Source of the DNA: the human T2T-CHM13v2.0 reference genome, Homo sapiens
Strand: one strand, 5' to 3'
NCBI RefSeq assembly: GCF_009914755.1
Contig: NC_060937.1
DNA length: 64,000 nucleotides
This document shows, one piece after another, positions 11,678 to 25,109 of the stretch (within the stretch, counting starts at the first letter, position 1; each line of letters starts with the position of its first letter). Position numbers and translations under genes: made by a program. The notes beneath the pieces were generated by a model. The model saw only the letters and a program-made list of their open reading frames with translations, ran no database searches and was not told where the DNA came from.

Positions 11678-12839
11678 GCTGAAAATCTCATTAAAACTTA
11701 AATATGTCTTTCATACTACTTGTATGAACCTTTCATTCTAATTTTTACTGATTAAATTTTATAACTGACAAGAGTATAAATATAGTCTCTTCTTCATTTC
11801 AACCACAATATGAACACATCCTAAGAAATTTAAAAGAATAAGCTTTAAAGAGTATCAAAGGCATTCATTTAATAAATATGAGCTTTCCAATTCTGTTTTC
11901 ACTCACAAGGATTTTATTGATAGTAATTTTTATTAATAATTTCAGCGTCAAATAATTTTCATGGTTACACCTCCTACCTCACTCACAAAATAATCTTTGA
12001 CTGTGGCATATTATTAATATTTTTACTTGAACTGGGATAATTTGTAAGTGTTTTACATTGTTTGCAGTGAATTTTAACAACACTTTATTAGTCAAGAGGG
12101 TCATACAATATTGGATAATCTATGGAAATATCATTTAAAACCAATAGCTATGATTTAGAACTGTTTAAATTCAACTTATATTTGGAGATAATTATTTTAC
12201 AAAAATATTAACATGTTTTTGATAATTACATTATAAAAATTTAAAAAAGAACTTGGTACCAGGTAAACGAAATCCTTTTTTAAATCAAATTAGTTTATAT
12301 TATAGAAGACAAGACTATCCAAATATGCTAGTAATTCTCAGTTTAGCTGTCATTCAAGTCACCCTTTTCAAAATGTGTTCTAGGAAATTTTGTTTTGGAG
12401 TTATCCTAGAAATATTGACAGTCTATTATTTACTATAAAACAATTATGCAACCATTTATGTAAAGTAATATGAGAACTTCTGTACATGACAAGACAACAC
12501 TTAAATTGTTCTCAAAACAGCAGTGTCACATATGTCTCTTTCAAACACCTAAGAATAATCCTCTGTTTAGTTAGACTCATGTAGAACTAAGAGAATATTC
12601 ACACCAGATTTTAAGATGTGCTGCTACTAACTGACTATAAGGAGAGAGCTTAGAGTTTACATGTTTTAAACTAGGTTTAGAATTTTTTCCTGAGGATTCA
12701 GGTAGGTTGATTAAATACAGCTAGACTTTACCTTTACTCAACGTGTATTTGACTGCACACACGTGCACATACGCACAGGCACAGATGTATTTTTCTTTTA
12801 TTGGATTACTTAGGATTAGGATAATAATAACACTGATAA

Positions 12840-13085
12840 TAATAATCATAGCAATCATTTGTCATATATAATACTCTTCCATGTCCTATAGAGGAGTTAT
12901 GGTATTGGTTGATGCATGAATATTATTTTCAGTGATGGCAATAATCTTTCAAGATAGATAGTTATTATTAGCTCCATTTTAAAAATCAAGAATATAAAGC
13001 TTAAGGAGAGTATAGTATTTACCTGTATCAAAGTACTAGAGATCATGTCTGCTTAGTTTTAAATTCCACATTTTCTCTATTCCCA
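12840..13085 (-). mobile_element. MIR SINE
   Basis: AATAAT tail and core ATTATTAGCTCCATTTTAAAAATCAAGAATATAAAGCTTAAGGAGAG. Confidence 0.65.
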
Positions 13086-13457
13086 TAGATTTTAGAGAAG
13101 TATGATAAACATATTCATAGTATGAGATTTTAACTAGTTCTCATGGGCATGCTTTCTGAGTTCAATGAGGATAATTTCAATCACTCATGTGAATATATAA
13201 AATAATAAATTATTGATCACAGACACAAAGATAAATTTTGTCATTTTTCTAAAAATAAAGAAATCACTATTTACAATCTATCTTTGTGTTCAATGCTATT
13301 GTAAAAACTAAAAACAAAAGCAAAAAACCCTCTAAGACAAAAATATTAAGACGCATAGTACTTCATCTCTTGAAACACAATTATGCACACTTTGAAAATG
13401 CCCATCTAGGTAAATTTAGGGTCCATGGTTTTAAAGTAGAAACTATACTCCCATTAA

Positions 13458-13476
13458 CACACACACACACACACAC
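13458..13476 (+). repeat. (AC)n microsatellite
   Basis: Run of about 9 AC units. Confidence 0.9.
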
Positions 13477-15364
13477 CCTATGTAGAGTTTGATCTCATAT
13501 CCCCAAAACAAAAGTTTTTATTGACTATTCTAAGTTCACTAAAGCATATTAGAATCCCTCTGCTATATTATTATTATAATAAATTATCCCTCGTTTGTAT
13601 ATAAATCCATTATGAGAAGGTGTTGTTGGTGATTAGGACACATTTGCTTTTAAAAAAACAAGACTATTAGAAGTTCTATTATATTCTCTCATGCAAATAA
13701 CATTCAAAGTTTGGATGTTAAATAGAGGCATTTCCAGGCACAGATCAACTCTTCGAAAATTATTGTAGGAGGCACTTTAAAGGAAAAAAATATGTTTGGC
13801 ACAGGAAATTACATTTAACTAAAAGCATTTTTTAAAATGGGCGTTAACAAATTAGCCGGGAATGCATCATTCCCATCTTACGCTCTCAAGCACTTAATGC
13901 GGATAGACCTACAAATCACATTATCATCACTTTCCATACCTTCATCAAATGTCATAGCAACAGCTGCCCTAGTAGCTCTGAGTGTGCCTTAGGCTAAAGG
14001 AGACATCTGTTTGCTGACAACTTCAGATCAAATGACAAATGGGAGACAGAAATGTCTGTGCATGGTAAGGTCAGAGGCCTTACCTATTTGTTAGTTTCAG
14101 TTGTAATAGGGATTTTCTTCTTTTGATAGGCAGGGAAATGACTAACATACTATCAGTTAGTGATAATACTAATTCTTCTTCAATCAAAATTAAGTAGGGT
14201 TACAAAAGGAAGATTATTATTGTTTTGTGATTGACAGGTGTTAGTTGACACTTTTTTTTTTTTTGGTTTGTGTTGACATTCATCATACTTTAAAAGTAAC
14301 CACAGATGTTTCTTTTAGTCTGATCAAAATGAAATTAGGGACTATAGGTTCCACTTCTTTTGAGCTCTAAAGAGAGTGGTCTTTTAACTTAAGGGTTACT
14401 TATTTAAAATATTAGTTTAGTTCTTTCGAACTAAGAAAAAAGTCTATTTACATTGTTTATAGTCACTGAATGTGAATGCCCATTTTTAAGTGAAAATAAC
14501 TAATGTAAATAGCAAATAATTCCATATTTTAGTCACCTTTAATCCTTTTTTAAATTCAGGTGAGAGTTTGGTTTCTGTATGAAATCGCCTTGAAGAATAT
14601 TGTGCTATTCCTCCTCATATTGTTTCCACCCAAAATGACAGAGACAGATACTGTGTGAAGGAAAAGTTCTCAATGCTCAAAGAAAGATGCCCGAAGCCTT
14701 TCCACAGAGTTTTGATTCTGTTAGGTTTTATCAAGCCTGCTTGAGATGCCATCCTTTTGTGAGAGAGTCTTGGTGATAAAGAAAGATGACATGGGTTCCT
14801 CATACAGACGTATTTTATCTCTGACAATTCCTGCGTTATTTTTGTAATATTTTTTGGTTAGTTTATGCTTCATTTTCACATGATTCTATGTTGTTTCTTT
14901 TAGTATTATTTTTTCTTAAGTCTAATGTAGTCAATATTATTGAATGATTTACTGGTCCTGTTAAATGATTCATTTTGAAATCTACAAATTCTAATGTTTT
15001 TATGAGCAGATTAACTTGTCAATTAGATATACATGTAAATTTAGCTTTTTACTTTTCTTTTTTATTTCAGTGTTTATCTGTTTATCCTGTTCATAAAACT
15101 GCTAATGTACAGGGAAAATGCCTAAGGCAAACAACTTTTTAAAATGCAGGGAAGAAAATTATTCCCTGTGTTTCTTCCTTTTCAGCTATTCTCTTGTGAA
15201 AAATTCTCATTTTTTTCACTTTTTGCTCGCTTTATTATTTTAAGTTTGTCTTGCTTTATATTTTATTCAATACATAACAAACTTACTTCTCAGTAAGAAG
15301 GTAATATTAAATTTTGGAGTTTAGTTCAAAATCAATCTGATGCAAAAATCTTTGATAGATTGAC

Positions 15365-15620
15365 ATTGCTTCATTTATTGCTTCATTTGGCATACATTTA
15401 TTTAGTTTCTATATTTTCTTACTGCAATACTAGGATCTCAGGCTAGAAATATGAGTGGGAACTAAGTCTATCCTTCAGAATCTAAAAATCTAAGAATTAA
15501 ATATTTGAACACTCTACATATATTTTGTGAGAGTGCAATAATATGAGAAACATAAAACAGTGGTCAAAGCAAATTTACTTTAGATGGTTTTTAAGAAGGA
15601 GTCATTTGTGCTCAACCTTG
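15365..15620 (-). mobile_element. L2 3' fragment (degenerate)
   Basis: TTCATTTATT...CATTTATTTAG...AAGTCTATCCTTCAGAATCTAAAAATCTAAG pattern. Confidence 0.4.
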
Positions 15621-17019
15621 TTAAAGAATTTTATTTTTATGTTTATGAGTCACCTTACTCTCTTTCACTTTATATATTCTGTTTTAAAAATTACATTAAA
15701 GTATTCGAAGTACTTTTGTTTTCTTACCTCTCTGTTTGGATGTCCTACGTTTCTTTGATCATTTTCTCAACAACAACAAATTAATATAGAATTAGGTGCT
15801 ATATCTAGACACAGTCATTAAAATCCCTCAAATGTGAAGCATGGGATAAAATATAAAAGGCCAGAGGCTTACTGACTAATTGAAAATATAGTAAAATCCT
15901 TAACTTCTTTTAATTGAAAACAAGACTTTCTTAAGTCTACCTGTAATTTACCAGTCTATTTTAAAAGCCACATTAAGTTATTTTTAGTTTTTTAATGTGT
16001 AGTAAACTAAGACATTATATTTTTTTCACATGAAATGCCTATGCTGTTCTAGTAGTTAGCTTTTGAATAAATTTCAGAATTTAACATTATCTTAAATATA
16101 TTTCCATGTTATTAATTTCAGCACATTATGAAATAATTTAATGAGAAATATGATATGAAGTACCTAAGTTATCAACTCATAAACTTTACAAGATGTATTT
16201 AAATAAATTGATGAAATATATTCTGTAGGATATAAGATCTAATTACAAGAAGATATGAACTACATTTCAGATAAAAAGATTATACTGTCTCCAAGTTATC
16301 CATATATTTAGTAAATTCACAACTAAAATAAATTGTAAATGTAAAATAAATTTCTGATAAAAGATTTAAATACTTCTAAAAGAGAAAAGTTAAAAACAAA
16401 GAAATGATGAAGATCATTTTTCTCTCAGATATGGACACTACCATGCAATTATAGTAACTGATGTAGTATGGCAGTCATTCAGTACTATACAAATTTAGGA
16501 TTAAAAGAGGCTTGTATTTTAGAAACAGTTGATTTTCTATGCAAAGGATGCATTTTAAAGCAATGCAATAATATTTTGTTTAGTAATTCATGATGGGATG
16601 ATTGACTGCTCTTTTGAAAGAACTGAAAATAGATCTTACTAGCGCAGAATGTAAGAGCAAAAACTGTGGAGCCAAACTTCCTAAGTTCTGATTCCACATC
16701 TTCCAATTACTGGTCAAATTGAGACTTTTATTTATGACAGAAACTTGCAAAAACATTAATTCATTGACATTCATAAGGCCACAGTCAAGTCTAGCCTCTT
16801 GGAGTTAAAATATCTCGTTTCCAGGTTGCTTATGCATGATCTATGAGTCCCAAGGCAGGAAGCAAGAAGAATAATGCACGAAATTGAAGCAACATGCTGT
16901 CAAGTTGTACCTGAATGAAGCATAATGTGGTTGTTTCAGCAGTGGATGGAGAGACAGTTGAGACCAAGAAGATTTGAAACGGCATACATGAAGTATATGA
17001 TACAATATTCAGTATTCAT

Positions 17020-17710
17020 TCAAACCAAGAATGGCAAAAAGAAAGATACACAGAACAACAATTGAAACAAAATAGTAAAATGGCAGTAAATGATTAGATA
17101 GTAAATTTAAACTGCGATGTATCAGTAATTGTATTCTTGCAGATGGACTAAATGCCGTAATGAACAGTGTACATTGTCAGACTAAATAAAAACAAGACAA
17201 ACAACAATAACCTCTCCACTTAAAAGAGACACATCTTCAATATGAGAATACAGAGTGTGTTGAATCACAAGAACTGAAAAATTTTAACATACAAATAAAG
17301 TGTTATATCTATAATAAATTAGAACAAGTATAATTTAGGGCAAAAGCCATTATTGGTAATATAGGCGTATTTTATAATGGTAATATGTCAACTTGACAGG
17401 AATATATAACTATGTAAATGGCATGTACGTAGTAATATAGACTCAAATTAAATAATGCACAAAATAAAATGATTGCAAAGAGAAATAGACAAGTCTATAT
17501 TTACAGTGAGGCATTTTAACCCACCAACTCAGTAAATGTTTATTTAATCCAGTTAAAAATCCTAAGATCATCAGACATTTGAATGATACTGTTAAAACAC
17601 TGGAACTAAATGACATAAACAGATTATTTTATCCTACTCAGAGATAGGCAGTTTTCAAGATGATCTGGATCATTTTATAAAATTGACTACATTCTGGTCC
17701 CTCCAGAAAA
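17020..17710 (+). mobile_element. Ancient L1M ORF2 endonuclease-region remnant
   Basis: ATGGACTAAATGCC, AAGAGACACATCTT, AAGAGAAATAGACAAGTC and AAAATTGACTACATTCTGG motifs in L1 EN order. Confidence 0.75.
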
Positions 17711-19119
17711 TCTTACCCTAGAGGGAAGAAGGAGAGGTAGAGACTTCCTTCTCTGGAATCATTAGTAGCATTTAAATCTCTTCTTTCCATTTTCGAGTGG
17801 CCCATGTCATCTTTAAACACATCTTTATGACTTTTTCAGGGGTTGTCGCCTACAAAAAATCTTGATACTTTATCTATTTGCAATGAGAAATATATATTTG
17901 CAAATATTAATTGGAATCAAATGGAAAACATTTAAATAATTCATTAAGCCTATTAATACAAATAGAAATGCGGATAAAAAATCTCCATTTGAAACAATCT
18001 TTACATTATTTAAAACAATTGATGTTTGTCAATAAATAGAAGCCCTTTGCTAGCTGATTATCTCCTCACAAGGGATTTTCATATCTTCACAAAGATAGAA
18101 ATGGACATTTTTATTTTTCAGAATCATAATTTTAAAAGTGTAGTTATACATATAGAGATGAGAAATGTAAACTCCTGAAACTTACATGTTTTTTAAAAAC
18201 TAAATGAGTATAAGCAAAAGATGGAATGCATTATGATAATATTGTAAACTAAAAAATTACTATATTTTAATCTTCAGTAAATATTTTCAGAGTAGAAATT
18301 ACTCCAAAATGGCGCACACTACATCTGTACTCTCCCTGTTTGAGAAGATGTTTATTCATTGATATACCATAGATATTTTCTTTGATTTAAAAAAAATTAG
18401 AAATGTAAAATTTTAGAACAAAAGCAAGAGAGGCATTTTCCTCTCTTTCTGTTTTATTTGCATAAGGTCTAAATCTCTAATAGCAGCAAATACTTGATCC
18501 CTTTTCTCCCTCTTCTGAGTTACCCATCTTGGTTTGGCATTGAAAGGATGCATATCTGACTTCATATTTTGATTCTGGAGCAAGGTCCTTAAATAGTTAA
18601 CAACAAATTTGGTATCAAATATCATTACTTTTTAGTGTAAGTATGTATTTTAAAATTTTACACAGAGTGGTGTTACATATAATTAACTTATTTCTGTGAA
18701 TACTTTCTATATTACCTCTAATCAAACAAAACAAGTCTTCCTGTTCTAGTTTAGGATGTCACCTCACCTTTGCCAATTACAAAAATATCTGTAGTAGCAC
18801 AAAAACTACAATGCAAATCACTAGCACCCTTCAAAATAGTAAATAAAGTAAAATCAATATCAGATTTCTAGATCATTTTCTTCTAACTATAATGCTTGCA
18901 AGGCTGTATGAATACAAAGAAAGAACAGGAACTTCCTCATAAATCAAGGAGATTGTGCACCCCACTTCCACTCTCAACTTCCGGCTCAGCACAGTAACAT
19001 TATCTGGGTTTTGGAGCAAACTTAAATTATTCCAAAAACTTTGTAGTTCTTCCACTGTGGCTATTGTTTACTAAGTACAATTTCCAAAACTAAAGTCACA
19101 ATTTCCTAAATGCATACAT

Positions 19120-20535
19120 GCAGACAGACGCAAAGTCATTTACCTAACTTAAAACAAACAATAAAATGAATGGGAAACACATCATTAGGTAAATAAAATA
19201 GGATTTTTTTTTTAAGTTGCAAGACAACATTTTGAGAATAAATCAAAGAAAATAGTAATAGAAATCCAAGAGCACGGAAAAACAAAATAATAGAAATACA
19301 AAAATAAAATTTAAAAGGAACATGCCTGGAATACACAATTAAGGAAATAATACAGACAGTACAATAAAGATACAAACAAGATGAAATGAAATAAGAAAGA
19401 AATGATTCGATTACTAAAGAATCAGTATAATAGAACCAAATAGAGCTCGAATTGTAGTTCCTCAAAAAAATTAATAAATAAAAAGAGAGAGAAAATTTAG
19501 ATGAAATAATCAAAACTGTAAGTCCAGGAAATTTCTTGAAACTGAAAAATAAAAACATGAGTTTTCTAACTGTTAGGGTCACCTACTTTCCAAGCAGTGA
19601 AGGAAAATTAGAACTGCAATAAGGAACACTTTTTCAAATTTTGGTTTACCAGGAACTGGAAGATAATCTTAAAGACTTCCAAGGAACTCATTAACGTAAC
19701 TATCAATGTCTTAATACTGGAAACTAGAGAGGATTGAAGAAATACGTTCAAAAGAAAAGGTATTACTGTAGAGAAAAGAAATTCCCAACCATAGTTCTAT
19801 ATTTAACCAATTCAGTAGGAGCCTAAAATAAAGGCAATTTCATACATGGTACTTTCTCAAAATCATTACCTTTATTTTTGACATAATCTCCGTAAAAAAA
19901 AAAAAAAAACAAAAACAAAACATGAAACAGGAAGACAGGAAAGATCCATTTGACAGAGTACTTGACACAGGAGAGAGAAGAAATACTCATGTATCTGAAA
20001 GTATTCAAAGGGGGAGTGTTAGGAGATGAATTAATTTAAAAAATGAGTAAGAGTAAAATAGTTTAAAGTTAGACCCTGAGGAACTCCAGGGAAGACAAAG
20101 TAACACAAGGAACAAGCAATGTTAGCCACTGCCTAACTTTCCTCAGGGTCATGTGTGCCTCGCCATAATTATGTAAACACTTACATTGTTAAAACGAAAT
20201 TCGGAGAACTAGTTTGAGTAAAGGGGAAAAGAAAGTATGTTATTCATGTCGGAGTTGGAAATATGTGATAGGTTGAAATTCTCAATTTCCTAATTGGAAA
20301 TCATTAAGTCATACTGAAACCTGAAAATTCAAGAACTGACAACACAATTGATGTTGAGATATGGAATTTGGTACCTGATGAAAGATTAGAAAATTATTAA
20401 AAGCAATTTCTTCTGGGTGGTGCTACAAGATGGAAGAAGAAAGGACAGAAAGCTCTTCATAATCAGGTAGACGCTTTGACTTTTTAAGTGGTATGCCTAT
20501 ATGCCTTTAAAAAACAACTCAATTTAAAAGAAAAT
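19120..20535 (+). mobile_element. HAL1 (half-L1) remnant
   Basis: A-rich ORF1-like region, then GGAAGACAGGAAAGATCC...ACACAGGAGAGAG, AACTCCAGGGAAGACAAA, CATAATTATGTAAACACT and a TTTGACTTTTTAA 3' end, matching the recalled HAL1 consensus. Confidence 0.7.
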
Positions 20536-21924
20536 TAAGAGATGCTAACAGCCGATTTAAAGAAAATTTAGTAAAATATTCAATTGTATAAAGATACACA
20601 AAATATTGGTTATCTACATGATAGCAAAGATGAATTAAGGGATGGGGATAAAACTCTTCTCAATAACACCAAAATTAAAATAAAACATAATTCATATATT
20701 TAGAAATATCATTACAGAAATATGTTGAACTTGTATTAACAGCCTCTCCTCAAAGGTAGCATGGAGAATCATGCAAACTTAATTTGGAGATACAAAAAAA
20801 ATTGAGAATGTGTAGTGTTGTTCTTTAATTCTAACTGTAATGGCTGAATAATATTTTGATCATGATTGTGATACTATAGCTTTCATTGCTACAGAGAAAT
20901 CATACATACACCACACAAAAATAAGAAACTGAAAATAATTTTAACAGCGAACCACAATTATGAGTGAACACTTATAGCTGGAAACATAATAGATTTTTTT
21001 TTTCAGTTAACACTCCCTTATATTTGATCAATTCTGTAATTTTTTGTGTAAGATATTGTAAATCATGGGAAAATTAAACCAGTTTTTATTACAGCAATTT
21101 GTTCTGATCTGCTGTTTTTTCCATTGTGTTGGTATCAACTATGCAATTAGAGATAAGCTTCAGACAGTTTTTATTTCTCTTTCATAAATTAAAAAATTAC
21201 CCTAGTATAAAGAGTGTCTCGATTTAATGAACAAGAATAAGCAAGAGTACATCTTTAATACAAACCAGTAGGAAAGAATGCTGGAAGTTTTAGCTAAAGA
21301 AATAATTTAAAATACAGTTGTCATCAAAATGCCATTGCCTCAGTTTGATTCACAGTCTCTTATTGATTTGAAAAAACTGTTTATTTTTTCATTTGCTTTC
21401 CTCTTGGGGATTCTATGTGCATATTCATAATTTTTACAGTCAATGGCCAGAAAAATTATGACATTTCTTTGTGTGAGGTGGAAGTATAAGCTATTTACTG
21501 ATTTGTTGCTTCTTACCTCTGCATTCATTTCTTAATATGTGGATTGCTTGATCCATTTGAAATTACTTTCCATATATATGATTTCTATTACCCAGCATAA
21601 TGTGGCCATCACAAAATGTCATTTCAGATGATAGAGTCATGAGTTGGTTACTGAAATAAATATACGTGCACTTATGAAGGACATAAATAATGGATTTTCC
21701 AATACAAATTTGAATGCTAGCAGTAGAATCCTCAGACATTTTTATTTGTAGCCTTTCTTTTATTGTGTTCTAGAAGGTAAATACACCAAAAAATGTTTAG
21801 CACACTACAGATATCAGTCTTAAAATATCATCTAAATTGAGCCATTCTAACATCAAACAAATCACATAACAAAATGGATCATTTTTCAAATATGCTTTAC
21901 TGTTTCTCCTTCCCTGGCCATTTG

Positions 21925-22270
21925 ATTTGATTCATTTTGACAGTTATCGATTAGCTACTGTATATAAGGCATCATATTAAGGACTATATGGGGTATCCAT
22001 AGATCAACTAGGCCCAGTCTGTGGCTTCTAATAGCTAATAGCACAGTAGGGAACACCTATGAATACGAACATAACCACAATAAGAAAGGTTTAGGTTAAG
22101 TGTGGCGAAGAACTACAAAATACAATGAGAAAACAGTAAAAAGATCAATTCATACCAGAGGATATGGGTAAGCTTTTGCAGTTATGGTTGGGGCTGGAGT
22201 CTTTCAAAATTTGTAAGATGTTATAAAAATTTGGAGTTGGTGATACCAGATGTTCAAGCAAATGGAGAGT
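21925..22270 (-). mobile_element. L2 3' fragment
   Basis: ATTCATTTTGACAGTTATCGATTAGCTACTGTATATAAGGCATCATATTAAG typical of the L2 tail. Confidence 0.55.
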
Positions 22271-22319
22271 AAAAAACTAGTCATGGAGATTGGTATTTTT
22301 TGGAGAGTTATAAGAAAAT

Positions 22320-22450
22320 AAAGTGTCTAATGCAGTGGCCACTAGCCACACATGGATATCGAGCACTTGAAATATAGGATGGGTACCATGCTGAAATGAT
22401 ACTACTCAGAATATAATAAGGTAAATAAAATACAGAAAATTTGAAAGTAC
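22320..22450. mobile_element. MER33/MER3-like hAT-Charlie fragment
   Basis: GTGGCCACTAGCCACACATGGATATCGAGCACTTGAAAT. Confidence 0.7.
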
Positions 22451-22454
22451 ATAT

Positions 22455-22690
22455 ATTTGAATTCTGGGACTGCCACTTAAGAGCACTATGGACTTCATAA
22501 CTCATTTAAGCTGTATAAACTTGATTTATTTCTTCCATAGAATGGGGATAGTTATCCCAACATGAAATAGTTGGTGAAAGAATGAGATACTTTTATTCTT
22601 TTTCACTTGTAAAATAGACTGCATGTGAAGTATTGAACGCAGTAATAGGACCATGGAAAACATTCAATCAACAGAAGCTAGTATTGTAAT
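22455..22690 (+). mobile_element. MIR SINE
   Basis: TTGAATTCTGGGACTGCCACTTA...TAGAATGGGGATAGT...CATTCAATCAACAGAAGCTAGTATT. Confidence 0.55.
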
Positions 22691-22875
22691 CACTTTAAAG
22701 GTAAGTGACTTGCCCAAGGCAAGAGCTGATGAATTGACAAAGCCAAGAAACTCTAATGGCGGTCATCATTGGACCTCAGGTACATTCTTTTAGGCAGAGC
22801 ACCTCCTGAATTTTCTCAGTATGTCCAACAGTTTCTGAAATAATGAAACATTGGCCTTGCCCATTCCATACATAC

Positions 22876-23210
<335 letters not shown>

Positions 23211-24415
23211 CATTTCCGTACTTTAATCTGTCCTTTCTCGGGTACATCACCTAGATGCCTGATTTCATGATGGTAATACCTCAGTGTTAAGAACTGGTTA
23301 AAATTTGGGTGGGGTGGAGGTGGAGGAAATGCAGTCTTTCACATACAAGACTTCTGGACCCTTCTACTCTGAAATTGTTCTATCATAAACTCGGCATTGC
23401 TGCTAAGGATGAGACATGACAATTAGATTTGTTATGGTTAAAAAAAAAGTAAAAAATACTGCCTATTGCCTTCATGAACAATGTATGGAAACCTGTAGAA
23501 GTTCCATGCAAAAGATTATGGCAACCCACTTTTAGCATCTAGTTTAGAAAAGTATGTAGTTTATAAGCTATTGCTTCCATTTATATCCTACATTAAATGA
23601 CCCTTAGCACAATATATCAAGATTTATGCATGTACGTATATATTGAAATGATAAAGTTATTTTTGTACTTTTCAATTAAAATTCCACATTTTAATAAAAT
23701 TGTATCATAACTGTGGAGGTGACAGAGGGAAATTCTGCATACCTATCAACCATTAGATCATTTGCCCTATTTTCCTTTTTAATATTTTTTTCCACAACAA
23801 ACGTTTTAGTAGCAATGCCTGTCTTATTTGGGACAAAATGCGCAACCAATACCAAAGATTGCTGACTATTCCTAGACAGTTTTAGTTTATCAATATGGTA
23901 TAATTAAACCTCATTTCCCCAAATCAAATATTAATATTGTAGATGGTTTTTATTCAATAGCCTTTTTTTCCTTCTTGAGTGATATACTTCTTCGAAAGTA
24001 ACCTCTAAGTACCTGTAATGAGGGGGACATGTTGAGCTGCAAAGATTATGTAACTATTGAATGGAAGTGATAATATGCTCTTAATAATCCCATTAATCGA
24101 GGCAAAGTATACTAAGCCTGAAACTATTCATCTAAAATGCTCACAGGCTGAGGATGCAGGATTCCTTCTAGCCTGGCAGATGCATTTTCTTTCTACTAGC
24201 GAGCAGGTAAATTGAGTTGCACAGGGCGAACCATGGGAAGTGGGATCTGATGCTTCCATTTCTCCCCAGAAGCCTGCGTGCATTATTTCAGAAATCTGCC
24301 TCTGGATGTCATGATTGAAGGAGAGCTGCTGTGCGCTGTTTACTGGGGCTTTGGACTCTGGCTAATAAACTCTTCCAAATCTTCCTAGCTGACAATGCTC
24401 TTCTCATTTGCCCTG

Positions 24416-24437
24416 TCATGAGGTAGCTACCTCATGA
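24416..24437. repeat. Perfect 22-bp palindrome
   Basis: TCATGAGGTAGCTACCTCATGA equals its own reverse complement. Confidence 0.95.
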
Positions 24438-25109
24438 GAAAATTTTAAAGTGCCTCAAGCAAGCAGGTAGCAAGTGGCTGCTCAAGATTAATTTCCATTG
24501 GCAAGCCCTCTGCTGCAGCATGAGTCTGAATACCAATAATGCAGGATTAAAGAACAAAAGCAAGCAAAGAAAAGCTCATCCCAGAGGTGAGAGAAAGGTG
24601 AATTGTGCAAATATGGACATCGAAGTTATTCAGACACATATGGTTTCCATGTCGTGAGACCTTAAAGCACTCTCAGAAACTCCAAGAAAGCTGTTGATTG
24701 GTCAGATTTCTCACTTTTGTCCCCTCAAAACAAGATTGTCCTGAACTTATAGGAAATATACTCAAAAGTAGTATGATTTAAGGAAGTCTTCCAAATACCT
24801 GCCTCGTTTACAGATAATCAATGGAATTCCAAAAGATTTTATGTGTTTTAAGCCCTAAAAATGCAAATATCCAGGAAAGGGCTAGCACTAAACAGAGCTG
24901 GCATGTATGCCTCAGTGCAGGTGTATATCTCAGTGTCTCCTGAAGCCAGGGCCTTAGAGGATTGTGGAAATAGGTACACTGACAGCAGGGACTGGAAGCC
25001 ACAGTCTGGAGAGCAAAGAGCAGAATCCATACTTACACCTCAAGATGAGCAGAACAGAACATAACCATTTTGCTATGAGCTCATCTCCACCTTCTTCACC
25101 AAACTGCAT

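Noticed and set aside
16300-16570. Possible L1M ORF2 fragment
   Set aside because: Similarity too faint to call by eye.
19136-19582. 148-aa hydrophobic ORF resembling a membrane protein
   Set aside because: Antisense reading of the A-rich HAL1 sequence; compositional artefact.
23307-23326. Possible G-quadruplex GGGTGGGGTGGAGGTGGAGG
   Set aside because: Only two runs of three or more G; weak two-tier motif.
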